Shown: positions 1 to 9,876 of the stretch, piece after piece
Layout of the letters: every line of letters begins with the position of its first letter
Position numbering within the stretch: position 1 is the stretch's first letter
Source of the DNA: a bacterium
GTDB lineage: Bacteria; Sysuimicrobiota; Sysuimicrobiia; Sysuimicrobiales; Segetimicrobiaceae
Length of the DNA stretch: 64,000 nt
Direction: 5' to 3'
Assembly (NCBI GenBank): GCA_035308905.1
Contig: DATGFS010000042.1
Location: 3,093 to 67,092 of the forward strand
The notes under the pieces: generated by a model
The model's input: only the letters and a program-made list of their open reading frames with translations
Database searches by the model: none
Told to the model about the DNA's origin: nothing
Program-made: the position numbers and the translations under genes

Positions 1-2270
1 TGGATAAGGTGCGCTACGTCGGCGATCCGATCGCCGCCGTCGCGGCCGTGGACGAGGAGACCGCGGAGCGGGCGTGCGGGGCGATCGACGTCGAGTACGA
101 ACCGCTCACGCCGGTCATGTCGATCGACGAGGCGGCCGCCCCGTCCTCGAGCGGGGGGACCGTCCGCATCCAGGACTACGGCGACGGCCCGGGCCCTCAC
201 GTGCACAAGAACGTCTCGCTGGAGTTCGGCGACGTGACGGCCGGCTTCGCGGCGGCGGAGCACGTGCGCGAGGACGTGTTTTTCTTCCAGGGCAACACGC
301 ATCTGCCGATGGAGCAGCACAGCGCCGTCGCGCAGCGCGACGCGGCGGGCCGCGTGACCCTCTGGACGTCGTCGCAGACGCCGCATTACGTACACCGGGC
401 GCTCAGCAAGGTCCTCGGCCTGCCGATGAGCGCGATTCGCGTGATCGCCACGCCGGTCGGCGGCGGCTTTGGCGGCAAGAGCGACCCGTTCAGCCACGAG
501 ATCTGCGCCGCCAAGCTGGCCCTCCTGACGGGCCGGCCGGTGAAGATCACGCTCACACGCGAAGAGGTGTTCTACGCGCACCGCGGCCGGCACCCGGTGC
601 TGATGTGGATCCGCACCGGCGTCCGGCGCGACGGCCGGATCACGGCCTGCCACATCCGCACGTTTCTCGACGGCGGCGCCTACGGCTCGTACGGGGTCGC
701 GACGACCTATTACACCGGCGCGCTGCAGACGGTGACGTACCGCATTCCCGCGTACAAGTTCGAGGGCGCGCGGTTTTGGACCAACAAGCCGCCGTGCGGT
801 CCGAAGCGCGGCCACGGCACGCCCCAGCCCCGCTTCGGCATCGAGATCCAGTTGGACAAGCTCGCCGAGGACCTGGGCATGGATCCCGCCGCGATCCGCC
901 TCGTGAACGCGACCGCGCCGTTCACGCGCACGGTGAACCACCTCCGGATCACGAGCAACGGCCTGCGGGAGTGCATCGAGCGCGTCGTCGCGGCGAGCGG
1001 ATTTCGCGAGAAGCACCGCCGCCTGCCGGCCGGACGCGGCATCGGCCTCGCGGTGAGCGCCTATCTGAGCGGCGCCGGTCTCCCGATCTACTGGAACGAC
1101 ATGCCGCACAGCGAGGTGCAGCTGCGCGTCGATCGCGGCGGCGGGGTCACCCTCTACTGCGGCGCGATCGATATCGGGCAGGGGAGCGATTCGGTGCTGG
1201 CCGGCGTCGCCGCCGAGGTGCTCGGGCTCGACCCCGCCGAGATCAGCCTCGTCACTGCGGACACGGACCTCACCCCCATCGACCTCGGCTCATACAGCAG
1301 CCGCGTGACGTTCATGGCCGGCAACGCGGCGCTCGCCGCCGCCGGCAAGGCCCGCGACCTCCTCTGCGCCGCGGTGTCCGAGCATCTCGAAGTCGACCGC
1401 GACGACCTGGTCGTCGGCGACCATCGCATCCACGCGGCCGGCGATCCGCCCCGCGGCGTGACGTTCGCGGAGGCCGCGGCCCTCGCGGAGGCGATGTTCG
1501 GCGCGCTCACCACGGTGGGCTCGTACCGGCCGCCGCGCCTCGCCGGGCCCTACAAGGGCTCGGGGGTCGGGCCGTCGCCGGCCTACTCCTTCTCCGCGGC
1601 GGCGGTCGAGGTCCAGGTGGATCGGGCCACCGGCGACGTGCGGGTGGAGCGGGTCTGGATCGCGCACGACATCGGCCGCGCGATCAACGAGACGCTGGTG
1701 ATCGGACAGATTGAGGGCAGCGTCTACATGGCGCTCGGCGAGGCCCTGATGGAGGAGCAGACCTTCCGCAAGGGCCTCCACAAGATTCCGTCGATGCTCG
1801 AGTACAAGAGCCCGACGTTTCTGGAGATGCCGCCGGTCGAGACAATCCTGGTCGAAAGCGACGACCCGGAAGGCCCCTTCGGCGCGAAGGAGGCGGGGCA
1901 GGGACCGCTCCTGCCCGTGATCCCTGCCGTCGCCAACGCGGTTCACGACGCGGTGGGCGTGCGGATCGACGAGATTCCGATCTCGCCCGACAAGGTGCTC
2001 GCCGCGATGGAGCAGCGGGCGAAGGGCGGACCCGCGCGCGTCGGGCCGCGCGGCATCCCCGCGTTCCCGTTTCGCCCGCCGCTTGTCGTCGAGCCGCCGG
2101 CCGGATGGGATCAGGCGTGGCGGCCGGATACACTCGTGGCCGGTGGCGCGCAGGGCCCCGCGCGGCGCCTCCATACGGGGACGGACCTCGACGCCGCCGG
2201 GAGCGCCCGTCGCGGTCGAGACCCCGGGCGCGCGACCGGCCCGGACGCCGCGGACAGGGAGGACCGCTGA
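1..2270 (+). CDS. Xanthine dehydrogenase/CO dehydrogenase family molybdopterin-binding large subunit (CoxL/XdhA-like); 5' end truncated by window edge
   Basis: Frame is open from base 1 (…DKVRYVGDPIAAV…), a motif typical of the a/b-hammerhead and Mo-cofactor domains; long ORF with family-typical GGGFGGK and QGxxT motifs; stop TGA at 2268-2270 overlaps the next start (ATGA). Confidence 0.8.
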   Translation, partial: DKVRYVGDPIAAVAAVDEETAERACGAIDVEYEPLTPVMSIDEAAAPSSSGGTVRIQDYGDGPGPHVHKNVSLEFGDVTAGFAAAEHVREDVFFFQGNTHLPMEQHSAVAQRDAAGRVTLWTSSQTPHYVHRALSKVLGLPMSAIRVIATPVGGGFGGKSDPFSHEICAAKLALLTGRPVKITLTREEVFYAHRGRHPVLMWIRTGVRRDGRITACHIRTFLDGGAYGSYGVATTYYTGALQTVTYRIPAYKFEGARFWTNKPPCGPKRGHGTPQPRFGIEIQLDKLAEDLGMDPAAIRLVNATAPFTRTVNHLRITSNGLRECIERVVAASGFREKHRRLPAGRGIGLAVSAYLSGAGLPIYWNDMPHSEVQLRVDRGGGVTLYCGAIDIGQGSDSVLAGVAAEVLGLDPAEISLVTADTDLTPIDLGSYSSRVTFMAGNAALAAAGKARDLLCAAVSEHLEVDRDDLVVGDHRIHAAGDPPRGVTFAEAAALAEAMFGALTTVGSYRPPRLAGPYKGSGVGPSPAYSFSAAAVEVQVDRATGDVRVERVWIAHDIGRAINETLVIGQIEGSVYMALGEALMEEQTFRKGLHKIPSMLEYKSPTFLEMPPVETILVESDDPEGPFGAKEAGQGPLLPVIPAVANAVHDAVGVRIDEIPISPDKVLAAMEQRAKGGPARVGPRGIPAFPFRPPLVVEPPAGWDQAWRPDTLVAGGAQGPARRLHTGTDLDAAGSARRGRDPGRATGPDAADREDR

Positions 2271-3280
2271 TGCTGCGTCTTCCGCCGTTCGTGTACCTCG
2301 CGCCGCGCACCTTGGAAAAGGCGATCGGCTTCCTCGGCGAGACCGCCCCCGACGGTATGCCGGTCGCCGGCGGCACGGACCTCTATCCGAACATGAAGCG
2401 CCGGCAGTTCGAGCCGAAGACGCTCGTGGGGCTGCGCGGCATCCCCGAGTTGCGGCGGCTCGCCGGCGATCCGGACCGCGGGATGACCGTGGGCGCGTGT
2501 GTGACCCTGACCCGCCTCGCCGCCGACGCCGGCATCGCGGACCGATATCGCGCCCTGGCGCTTGCGGCCGGCGCCGTGAGCACGCCGCCGCTTCGCAACA
2601 TGGGCACGATCGGCGGCAACCTCTGCCTCGACACGCGGTGCAACTATTACAATCAGACCTTTCACTGGCGTAAGTCGATCGGCTTCTGCATGAAGAAGGA
2701 CGGCGACATCTGTCTGGTGGCGCCCGGCAGCCCGCGCTGCTGGGCGATCTCCTCGACCGACACGGCGCCCGCCGCGATCGCCCTCGACGCGCGGCTCCGG
2801 CTCGTCGGACCGGGCGGCGAGCGGACCGTCCCGGCCGCCGAGTTCTACCGAGACGACGGAATGCAGTACCTCGCCAAATCCCCGGAGGAGCTGCTGGTCG
2901 AGGTGATCCTGCCGCCGGCCGACGGGTGGCGCTCGACCTATTGGAAGCTGCGGCGGCGCGGGTCGTTCGATTTTCCCATTCTCGGCGTTGCGGCCGCGCT
3001 CCGATTCGAGCCTGACGGCCGCATCGCGGATGCGCGGATCGTGCTCGGCGGGGTCGCCTCGCATCCCGTGGAGGCCCCGCAGGCGGCGGCGCTCTTGCGC
3101 GGGCGGCATCCCGCCGAGGATCTCGTGGCGCACGCCGCGCAGGCGGCGGCCCAGCCGTCGCGGCCGCTCGACAACGCCGATTTGACGATCGGCTACCGCA
3201 AGAAGATGACGCGGGTCTATGTCGAGCGGGCCCTCCGGGAGCTGACCGGATTGTCGGTCGAAGGGGCGGCGGCCGGCTAA
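2270..3280 (+). CDS. FAD-binding subunit of xanthine dehydrogenase family molybdoenzyme (CoxM/XdhB-like)
   Basis: MLRLPPFVYLAPRTLEKAIGFL…AGGTDLYPNMK…GTIGGNLC: FAD_binding_5 / CO-dehydrogenase flavoprotein motifs; translationally coupled to the upstream large subunit. Confidence 0.8.
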   Translation: MLRLPPFVYLAPRTLEKAIGFLGETAPDGMPVAGGTDLYPNMKRRQFEPKTLVGLRGIPELRRLAGDPDRGMTVGACVTLTRLAADAGIADRYRALALAAGAVSTPPLRNMGTIGGNLCLDTRCNYYNQTFHWRKSIGFCMKKDGDICLVAPGSPRCWAISSTDTAPAAIALDARLRLVGPGGERTVPAAEFYRDDGMQYLAKSPEELLVEVILPPADGWRSTYWKLRRRGSFDFPILGVAAALRFEPDGRIADARIVLGGVASHPVEAPQAAALLRGRHPAEDLVAHAAQAAAQPSRPLDNADLTIGYRKKMTRVYVERALRELTGLSVEGAAAG

Positions 3281-3585
3281 TATTCGGGCGGCGCGTAGAC
3301 GTTGACGGTGACGAGCGGGTCTCCACCGGTGTTGCGGATTTCGTGATGCTCGCCGGCTTCGATGAGCAGGAGGTGTCCCGTCTCGATCGGCACCGTTCGC
3401 CGCTCGACGGTCGCCTCACCGCGGCCCGCGATGACGTAGAGCCACTTATCCGCGCCGGCGTGGACGTTGTCGTCGCCGCCGGTGGACTGACCGGGCTTGA
3501 GCACCATCGTCGCCGCCTGCGATCGGGATGTCCCGGCCACCACATCGAAGAATCCCTTTGCAGCGTTTGCGCGCACCGTCTTCAT
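3277..3585 (-). CDS. Cupin domain protein
   Basis: MKTVRANAAKGFFDVV…GEATVERRTVPIETGHLLLIEAGEHHEIRNTGGDPLVTVNVYAPPEY: conserved cupin barrel motifs; start chosen at the internal Met of a longer ORF. Confidence 0.6.
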   Translation of the reverse strand: MKTVRANAAKGFFDVVAGTSRSQAATMVLKPGQSTGGDDNVHAGADKWLYVIAGRGEATVERRTVPIETGHLLLIEAGEHHEIRNTGGDPLVTVNVYAPPEY

Positions 3586-3752
3586 CGCGTCTCCGCCGAG
3601 GTCCGACGTCTTCAAGGGATGTTTCCGCGGGTCCGATTTGCCGTCCGGATAATCCCTTCCGCATGACGAGGCCGCTCTCCGGCCGTTGTAGAATGAAATC
3701 GCGACGTGGACGGCGGCCCCTGCGAACGGCGGCCGCGGCATGGAGGTGGCGT

Positions 3753-4874
3753 GTGGACCGGGCCCTACGGACGCCGCTGTGTGATCTTCTTCATATCGAC
3801 TACCCGATCATCCAGTCCGGCATGGGGAATGTCGCCGGTCCCGACCTCGTGGCCGAGGTGGCAAAGGCGGGCGGACTGGGCATCTTGGCCGGGCTCGGCG
3901 TTCCGCCCGACGAGCTGAGCCGGCGCATCCGGCAGGTGCGCGAGCTGACCGATCGTCCTTTCGGCGTCAATCTCTGGCTGCACACCGAACTGCGGCCGCC
4001 CGTCGATCCGGCGACCATTCCGGGCGAGACCGTGGCCGCCGTGCAGGGCACGCTCAATCGGTTCCGTGGGCGCCTCGGAGTGCCCGCGACCGACGCGCGT
4101 CCGCCGCGGCTCCCCGACCTCGTGGATGCGCAGTTCGACGTGATCCTGGAAGAGCGCGTTCCGGTATGGAGCATTGGCTTGGGCAACCCCGGTCCCGAAA
4201 TGGTGCACCGCTGCCGCGAGCGCGGCGTCAAAGTCCTGGCGATGGCGGCGCGGCTCGACGACGCGAAGGCGCTCGAGCGGTCCGGGGTGGATGTGATCGT
4301 CGCTCAAGGCGGGGAGGCCGGGGGCCATCGGTCCACGTGGGTGAAAACCCGTACCGCGGAAGAGGCAAGCGTCGGCCTCGTAGCCCTGGTGCCTCAAATT
4401 GTCGACGCGGTCCGGGTTCCGGTCGTCGCGTCAGGCGGTATCGTTGACGGCCGTGGGCTCGTTGCCGCGCTCGCCCTCGGCGCGCAGGGGATTCTCCTCG
4501 GGACGCGATTCGTCGCGACGCGAGAATCAACGGCCCCGGAGTTTTACAAGCGGGCGCTCATCGAGCGCGACGGGAGCGCGACGTCGGTGACCGACGCGTT
4601 TACCGGTCTCTTCGCGCGGGCCCTGCGCAATTCGTACGCGGAGGAATACGCGCGGTCCGGCGCCCCGGTCCTGCCGGGTCTCGCCCAGCGGGCCGCCGCG
4701 CAGGACGTGTTCACCGCGTCCGCGGCGCGAGGGACCGGAGAGTACTTCCCGATGTTTGCGGGCCAGGGCGTCGGCTTGATTCGCGACCTGCCGGGCGCCG
4801 GCGACGTCGTGCGGACGATCGCCCAGGAGGCGCGGGCCGTGCTGGCGAGTCTTCGCGTCGAAGACCTTCCATAA
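3753..4874 (+). CDS. Nitronate monooxygenase (NMO / 2-nitropropane dioxygenase family, FMN-dependent)
   Basis: LLHIDYPIIQSGMGNVAGPDLVAEVAKAGGLGILAG…VVASGGIVDGRG: NMO signature; start ambiguous (GTG 3753 or ATG about 3693). Confidence 0.75.
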   Translation: MDRALRTPLCDLLHIDYPIIQSGMGNVAGPDLVAEVAKAGGLGILAGLGVPPDELSRRIRQVRELTDRPFGVNLWLHTELRPPVDPATIPGETVAAVQGTLNRFRGRLGVPATDARPPRLPDLVDAQFDVILEERVPVWSIGLGNPGPEMVHRCRERGVKVLAMAARLDDAKALERSGVDVIVAQGGEAGGHRSTWVKTRTAEEASVGLVALVPQIVDAVRVPVVASGGIVDGRGLVAALALGAQGILLGTRFVATRESTAPEFYKRALIERDGSATSVTDAFTGLFARALRNSYAEEYARSGAPVLPGLAQRAAAQDVFTASAARGTGEYFPMFAGQGVGLIRDLPGAGDVVRTIAQEARAVLASLRVEDLP

Positions 4875-4875
4875 T

Positions 4876-5922
4876 ATGGCGAAGTCCATGCCGGCCGACA
4901 AGAGGCCGGCCACCGTGAAATCAAAGCGCGAGTCGCCGCGAAGCGAGGAGCGTGCCGGCCGCCTGCCGGCGGACCGGCTGCTCGAGATGCTCTACTTCAT
5001 GCGCCTCCAGCGCGCCGTCGAGGACCGAGGCGTCAAACTCTACTACCAGGGCCGCATTCCGGGCGCGTACTTCACGGGGTGGGGCCACGAGGCGATCGTC
5101 GTCGGCGCCGCCGCGGCACTCGCTCCCGACGACCTGCTCGCCCCGATGCATCGCGATCTCGCCGCGTACATCATGCGCGGCATCACGGTCGGCGAAGTCT
5201 TTGCACAGTTCCTCGACCGCGAAGGCGGCCCGACGCGGGGGCGCGACGGCAACGTCCACATGGGCGACCCGCGCCGCGGGATTCTGCCGTTCATCAGCCA
5301 CATGGCGGCCTCCGTGCCGGTCGCGGCAGGCATGGCGCTCGCGTGCCGGCAGCGCGGCGAAGCCCGCGTCGTCCTGACCTTTTTTGGCGACGGCGCGACG
5401 AGCACGGGCGCATGGCACGAAGGCGTCAACTTCGCCGCGGTGTTCCGGCTGCCGGTCGTCCTCGTGCTCGAGAACAACCAGTACGCGTACTCGACGCCGC
5501 TCGACCGGCAGACCGCGGCGCAGGCGTTCGTCGACAAGGCCGCGGGATACGGGATCCCGGGCGTGGCGGTTGACGGCAACGACGTGCTGGCGGTCCACGA
5601 GGCAGCGGCGGCGGCGGTGGTGCGCGCGCGGGACGGGGCGGGTCCAACGCTCATCGAGTGCCGCACGCTCCGCGTCCGCGGGCACAGCGAAGCCGACAAG
5701 TTCTCATACGTCCCGAAGGCCCTGCTGGAGGAGTGGGCCGCCCGGGACCCGATCGTGGCGTTCGAGGAGCGGCTGCGGGCCTGGGGCGTGCTCAGCGCCG
5801 AGATCGACGAGGCGATGCAGTTCCGGGTCGCGCAGGACGTCGAGGACGGTCTCGCCTGGGCGGAAGCGAGCCCCGAGCCGGATCCGGCCACGGTTACGCA
5901 CGGCGTGTACGCCGAAGAATGA
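4876..5922 (+). CDS. Thiamine-diphosphate-dependent 2-oxoacid dehydrogenase E1 component, alpha subunit
   Basis: YYQGRIPGAYFTGWGHEA…FFGDGATSTGAWHEGVNFAAV…ENNQYAYSTP: TPP-binding E1 alpha motifs. Confidence 0.85.
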   Translation: MAKSMPADKRPATVKSKRESPRSEERAGRLPADRLLEMLYFMRLQRAVEDRGVKLYYQGRIPGAYFTGWGHEAIVVGAAAALAPDDLLAPMHRDLAAYIMRGITVGEVFAQFLDREGGPTRGRDGNVHMGDPRRGILPFISHMAASVPVAAGMALACRQRGEARVVLTFFGDGATSTGAWHEGVNFAAVFRLPVVLVLENNQYAYSTPLDRQTAAQAFVDKAAGYGIPGVAVDGNDVLAVHEAAAAAVVRARDGAGPTLIECRTLRVRGHSEADKFSYVPKALLEEWAARDPIVAFEERLRAWGVLSAEIDEAMQFRVAQDVEDGLAWAEASPEPDPATVTHGVYAEE

Positions 5923-5974
5923 CGGACGGGGCGGCGCGGCCGGCCGGGACCGCGCGGCCGCGGAAGGAGCGGCG

Positions 5975-6949
5975 GTGGCGCAACTGACGTATCTCGAGGC
6001 GATCCGCGAAGGGCTTCGCGCGGAGATGCGGCGCGACCCCCGCGTGTTCGTGCTGGGCGAGGACATCGGCGTCTATGGCGGCGCGTTCAAGATCACCGAG
6101 GGGTTCCTCGACGAGTTTGGTCCGTGGCGGGTCATCGATGCGCCGCTCGCGGAAACCGCCAACGTCGGCGCCGGGATCGGCGCGGCGGTGATGGGGATGC
6201 GGCCGGTCGTCGAGATGCAGTTCGCGGATTTCGTCACGGACGCGTTCACCCAGGTCGTGAACATGGCGGCCAAGTACCACTGGCGGACACGGATGCCGCT
6301 GCCGCTCGTCCTGCGCATGCCGTACGGCGGCGACGTCAAGGGCGGCCCGTTCCATTCGCAGTGCATGGAGGCGTGGTTCGCGCACACGCCCGGCCTCAAG
6401 GTCGTGGCTCCCGCGTTCGCCGAGGACGCGAAGGGCCTGCTCGTCGCCGCGATTCGCGATCCGAACCCCGTGATGTATTTCGAGCACAAGCACCTCTACC
6501 GCTTCCGGCGGGAGGAGGTGCCCGACGGCGAGTACGCCACGCCGATCGGGCGCGCCCGACTGGTCCGCGAGGGGACCGCGCTGTCCGTGATCTCGTACGG
6601 GTGGATGCTCCACAAATGTCTGGAGGCGGCCGGTCTCGCCGCGGCGGACGGCATCGCGGCGGAGGTGCTCGATCTGCGCACGCTCGCGCCGCTCGATCGC
6701 GATGCGATTCTCACGTCGGTGCGCAAGACCGGCAAGGCGCTCATCGTGCACGAGGCGTCGCGGACCGGCGGCATCGGCGGCGAGATCGCCGCGCTGATCG
6801 CCGAAGAGGCCTTCGACTCGCTGGACGGCCCGGTCATCCGTCTGGCGAGCGAAGACACACCGGTGCCGCACAACACCGGCCTCGAGGCGGCGTTTCAGCC
6901 GACGGTCGCGGAGATCGCGGACGCGATGCACCGGCTGGCCGCGTACTGA
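5975..6949 (+). CDS. 2-oxoacid dehydrogenase E1 component, beta subunit
   Basis: GTG start 7 nt after AAGGAGC; MAQLTYLEAIREGL…VFVLGEDIGVYGGAFKITEGF…: transketolase-like E1 beta. Confidence 0.85.
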   Translation: MAQLTYLEAIREGLRAEMRRDPRVFVLGEDIGVYGGAFKITEGFLDEFGPWRVIDAPLAETANVGAGIGAAVMGMRPVVEMQFADFVTDAFTQVVNMAAKYHWRTRMPLPLVLRMPYGGDVKGGPFHSQCMEAWFAHTPGLKVVAPAFAEDAKGLLVAAIRDPNPVMYFEHKHLYRFRREEVPDGEYATPIGRARLVREGTALSVISYGWMLHKCLEAAGLAAADGIAAEVLDLRTLAPLDRDAILTSVRKTGKALIVHEASRTGGIGGEIAALIAEEAFDSLDGPVIRLASEDTPVPHNTGLEAAFQPTVAEIADAMHRLAAY

Positions 6950-6964
6950 GCCGCGGCCGCGCCG

Positions 6965-7675
6965 TTGACGGACCGCCCTGCAGGTCGCGTGGATGATGGG
7001 ATAGCGCAGAGCGGATTCTGGAACGGATTTCTGCAGACGGTGCCGCTGTGGGCGGGCGTCGCGCCGTTCGGCGCCGCCTACGCGCTCGCGGCGCACGCCG
7101 CCGGGCTCGGCGCGGCGGAGATAGCCGGCATGTCGATCCTCGTCTACGCCGGCAGCGCGCAGTTCGCCGCGGCAGCCTTGTTTGCGGGAGGCGCCGGTCC
7201 CCTTGCGATTCTGCTCACGACGCTTGTCGTGAACACGCGGAGCGTCCTCCTGTCCGCGTCGCTGGCGCCGCCGCTGCGCCGGTATTCGCGAATGCTGCGG
7301 GCCGGCGTCGCGTTCGTGATCGTGGACGAGTCGTATGCGATGTCGATCGGCCGTGTGCTGCGCGGCTCAGGCCCGCCGTATCTTCTGGGATCGGGGACGA
7401 GTCTCTACCTCGCGTGGCTCGGGGGTACTGCGGCGGGCATCGCCCTCAGCCTGGGGGCGTCCGGCCTCGGGCCGATCGGCTTGGATCTCGTTTTTCCGCT
7501 GAGCTTCTTCGTTCTCCTGATGCCGTATCTCGGGTCCCCGGCGGCGCGCATTGCCGCCGCCGTGGCCGGCGGCCTCGGCCTCGCGGCCCGCCTCATCGTT
7601 CCGGGGTCCTGGTATCTGCTGATCGCCGCGGTCGGCGGGACGCTCGCGGGCGCCGCCGCCGAACCCCGCCGGTGA
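6965..7675 (+). CDS. azlC: AzlC family branched-chain amino acid exporter subunit
   Basis: Multi-pass membrane protein with AzlC-typical N-terminus (GFLQTVPLWAGVAPFGAAYALAA…). Confidence 0.75.
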   Translation: MTDRPAGRVDDGIAQSGFWNGFLQTVPLWAGVAPFGAAYALAAHAAGLGAAEIAGMSILVYAGSAQFAAAALFAGGAGPLAILLTTLVVNTRSVLLSASLAPPLRRYSRMLRAGVAFVIVDESYAMSIGRVLRGSGPPYLLGSGTSLYLAWLGGTAAGIALSLGASGLGPIGLDLVFPLSFFVLLMPYLGSPAARIAAAVAGGLGLAARLIVPGSWYLLIAAVGGTLAGAAAEPRR

Positions 7676-7977
7676 ACCACTGGCTCGTCATCGTCGCGAT
7701 GGCGGCGATCACCTATGTGCTGCGGGCGGCGCCGCTGATCGTGCCCATGGGGCGAATCGAGGCCGGGCTCGAGCGTCGTCTGCGCCATCTGCCGCCGGCG
7801 CTCTTCGCGGCGTTGATTGTGCCTGCGCTGCTGGCCCCCGCCGGGGCGCTGCTCGGGGGCGTCCGTCTGTGGGCCGGTCTCCTCGGGTTGGTCGTCGGCT
7901 GGCGCACGCGGAGTATCCCGGTGACGATCGCCGCCGGGCTCAGCGCCTACGCGCTGCTGCGCTGGCTCGCCCCGTAG
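7672..7977 (+). CDS. azlD: AzlD family branched-chain amino acid transport protein
   Basis: About 100 aa hydrophobic protein; GTG start overlapping the azlC stop (GTGA); canonical azlCD pairing. Confidence 0.7.
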   Translation: MNHWLVIVAMAAITYVLRAAPLIVPMGRIEAGLERRLRHLPPALFAALIVPALLAPAGALLGGVRLWAGLLGLVVGWRTRSIPVTIAAGLSAYALLRWLAP

Positions 7978-7978
7978 G

Positions 7979-9154
7979 TCAGTCCGGCGCCGGTCGCGGC
8001 TCGAGCACCTCCCCGCCGGCGATGGTCAGCACCGGTACGAGCCGCCGGCGTCCCGTCATCGTCCGTCCCGTCACATCCACGTACTCGAAGGCGCCGGTCC
8101 GGTCGTCGAGCACCGTGACGTCGGCCGGCGAACCCGGACGCAGCGTGCCGAGGTCGGGGCGGCCGATCGCGCGCGCCGGCGCGGACGTCGCCGCCGCGAT
8201 CACCCGCTCGAGCGGCATGCCGAGGCTCAGCAATTTGGACATCGTGGTCGGCAGATCATAGGCCGGGCCGTCGATGCACAGGGCGTGGACGTCGCTGCTG
8301 ATCACGTCCGGCAGGAACCCTTGAGCGAGGCACGCCTCGGCGCTTTCGAACGAGAAGCTTCCCATGCCGTGCCCGATGTCGATGACGACGCCGCGCTCCC
8401 GCGCTTCCCACAATTCCGGCAGGATGCGGCCCGTGACGCCGGGGTCGACCGTCGGGCCGTTCGGGAACGGCCGGAAGGCGTGGGTCAGAATGTCGCCCTT
8501 CCGCAGCAAGGGCAGGACCTCGCGCCGCGTCGGCGGCGGGTTGTCGGTGTGCACCATCATCCGGACGCCGAGCGCCTCTGCCGCCTGAAGGGTATGCTGC
8601 AGCGGCGGCAGCCCCCGGCCTTCCCCCGCGATGAGCCCCAGCCGTACTTTCATGCCGACGATGAGATCGCGGTGCTCGTGGCCGACGCGCACCGCTTCGT
8701 GCACGTTGAGCAGCCGCAGATCGATGGACTCGCCGACCATCACGCGCCGCGAGAACGCGAAGATGCCGGCAAAGCTGATGTTGAGAAACGGCAGCACCCG
8801 GACCTGCGCCCGCTCGATCAGGTGCCGGCGGAATCCCGGGAAATTACCGGCCCCGCTGCTGCCGGCGTCCACGTGCGTCGTCACGCCCGAGGCCGCCGAC
8901 AGCGCGTCCGGATCGACGCCGAGGGAGGTGCCGCCCCAATAGACGTGCGTGTGCAGATCGATCAGGCCGGGGGTGACGAGCCCGCTCCGGACGTCGATCG
9001 TGCGCCGGGCCCGCTCGTGCGGCAGCGAGGGTGCCACCGCGGCGATCCGTCCGCCGGCGATGGCCACGTCGGCCCTCCGCGGGCCCGCCTCGTCGCCGCC
9101 GGCGGCGGGATCGAGCACCGTCCCGCCGCTCAGCAGCAGATCATAGTCCGGCAC
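7979..9154 (-). CDS. Amidohydrolase family metal-dependent hydrolase (deacetylase/dihydroorotase-like)
   Basis: GLIDLHTHVYWGG…HVDAGSSGAGNF…: amidohydrolase HxH and downstream metal ligands. Confidence 0.7.
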   Translation of the reverse strand: MPDYDLLLSGGTVLDPAAGGDEAGPRRADVAIAGGRIAAVAPSLPHERARRTIDVRSGLVTPGLIDLHTHVYWGGTSLGVDPDALSAASGVTTHVDAGSSGAGNFPGFRRHLIERAQVRVLPFLNISFAGIFAFSRRVMVGESIDLRLLNVHEAVRVGHEHRDLIVGMKVRLGLIAGEGRGLPPLQHTLQAAEALGVRMMVHTDNPPPTRREVLPLLRKGDILTHAFRPFPNGPTVDPGVTGRILPELWEARERGVVIDIGHGMGSFSFESAEACLAQGFLPDVISSDVHALCIDGPAYDLPTTMSKLLSLGMPLERVIAAATSAPARAIGRPDLGTLRPGSPADVTVLDDRTGAFEYVDVTGRTMTGRRRLVPVLTIAGGEVLEPRPAPD

Positions 9155-9166
9155 GGGGCGCCTCCG

Positions 9167-9739
9167 CTATCCGGGCACCGGGCCCTCTGACGCCCGGCCG
9201 CCGGCCGTTCGCGAGGCGGCGCTCGACGCGCCGTGTTCCGCCAAGTACCGCCGCGACAACCGCACGTAGGCCGGGCCGGCGCGGGCGATCCACTGCGCCG
9301 CTACGCCCTCGAGCGGCTTGCGGATCCGGCAGGGCGTGCCGGCCGCGAGCGTGCGGGCCGGTATTTTGGTGCCGTCCGTGACGACGCTGCCCGCGGCGAT
9401 GAGCGCTTCCTCGCCGACGACGGCTTCATGGAGCACCACCGCATTCATGCCGACCAGCGCGCCGCGCTCGATCGTGCAGCCCTCGAGCACCGCGCCGTGG
9501 CCGATCGTGACGTCGTCGCCGATGACGGTGGCGATCCGGTCGGTGGTGTGCAGCACCGCGTTATCCTGCACGCTGGTCCGCGCGCCGATTTCGATTCGCC
9601 CCACGTCGCCGCGCAGCACCGCGCCGAACCAGACGCTGGCCTCGTCGCCGATCGTCACGTCGCCGATGATGGTGGCGCTCGGCGCGATGAAGGCGCTCTC
9701 GGCGATCCGCGGCGTGCGTCCGTGGAATGGAAGAATCAT
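9167..9739 (-). CDS. paaY: Gamma-carbonic-anhydrase-like hexapeptide-repeat protein (PaaY-like)
   Basis: Left-handed beta-helix hexapeptide repeats (IGDVTIGDEASVWFGAVLRGD…); sits in the paa cluster next to the CoA ligase and paaX, as PaaY does. Confidence 0.65.
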   Translation of the reverse strand: MILPFHGRTPRIAESAFIAPSATIIGDVTIGDEASVWFGAVLRGDVGRIEIGARTSVQDNAVLHTTDRIATVIGDDVTIGHGAVLEGCTIERGALVGMNAVVLHEAVVGEEALIAAGSVVTDGTKIPARTLAAGTPCRIRKPLEGVAAQWIARAGPAYVRLSRRYLAEHGASSAASRTAGGRASEGPVPG

Positions 9740-9876
9740 TCTCGATCCTCCTGTCGACCTGCGGGGCTCGCCGCATCGCTTCGCGAACGGGCCGCGGCCG
9801 GCCTGCTCCGTCCGATGCGGGGCCGTGCCGCGGGCGGCGAAGGAGACCGTCTTCGGGTACGCGAACCGACCGCGCC

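Noticed and set aside
1290-3545. 751-aa minus-strand ORF antisense to the xanthine-dehydrogenase-family genes
   Set aside because: Arg/Ala/Pro-rich low-complexity translation typical of antisense frames in 70 % GC DNA; overlaps two well-supported plus-strand genes.
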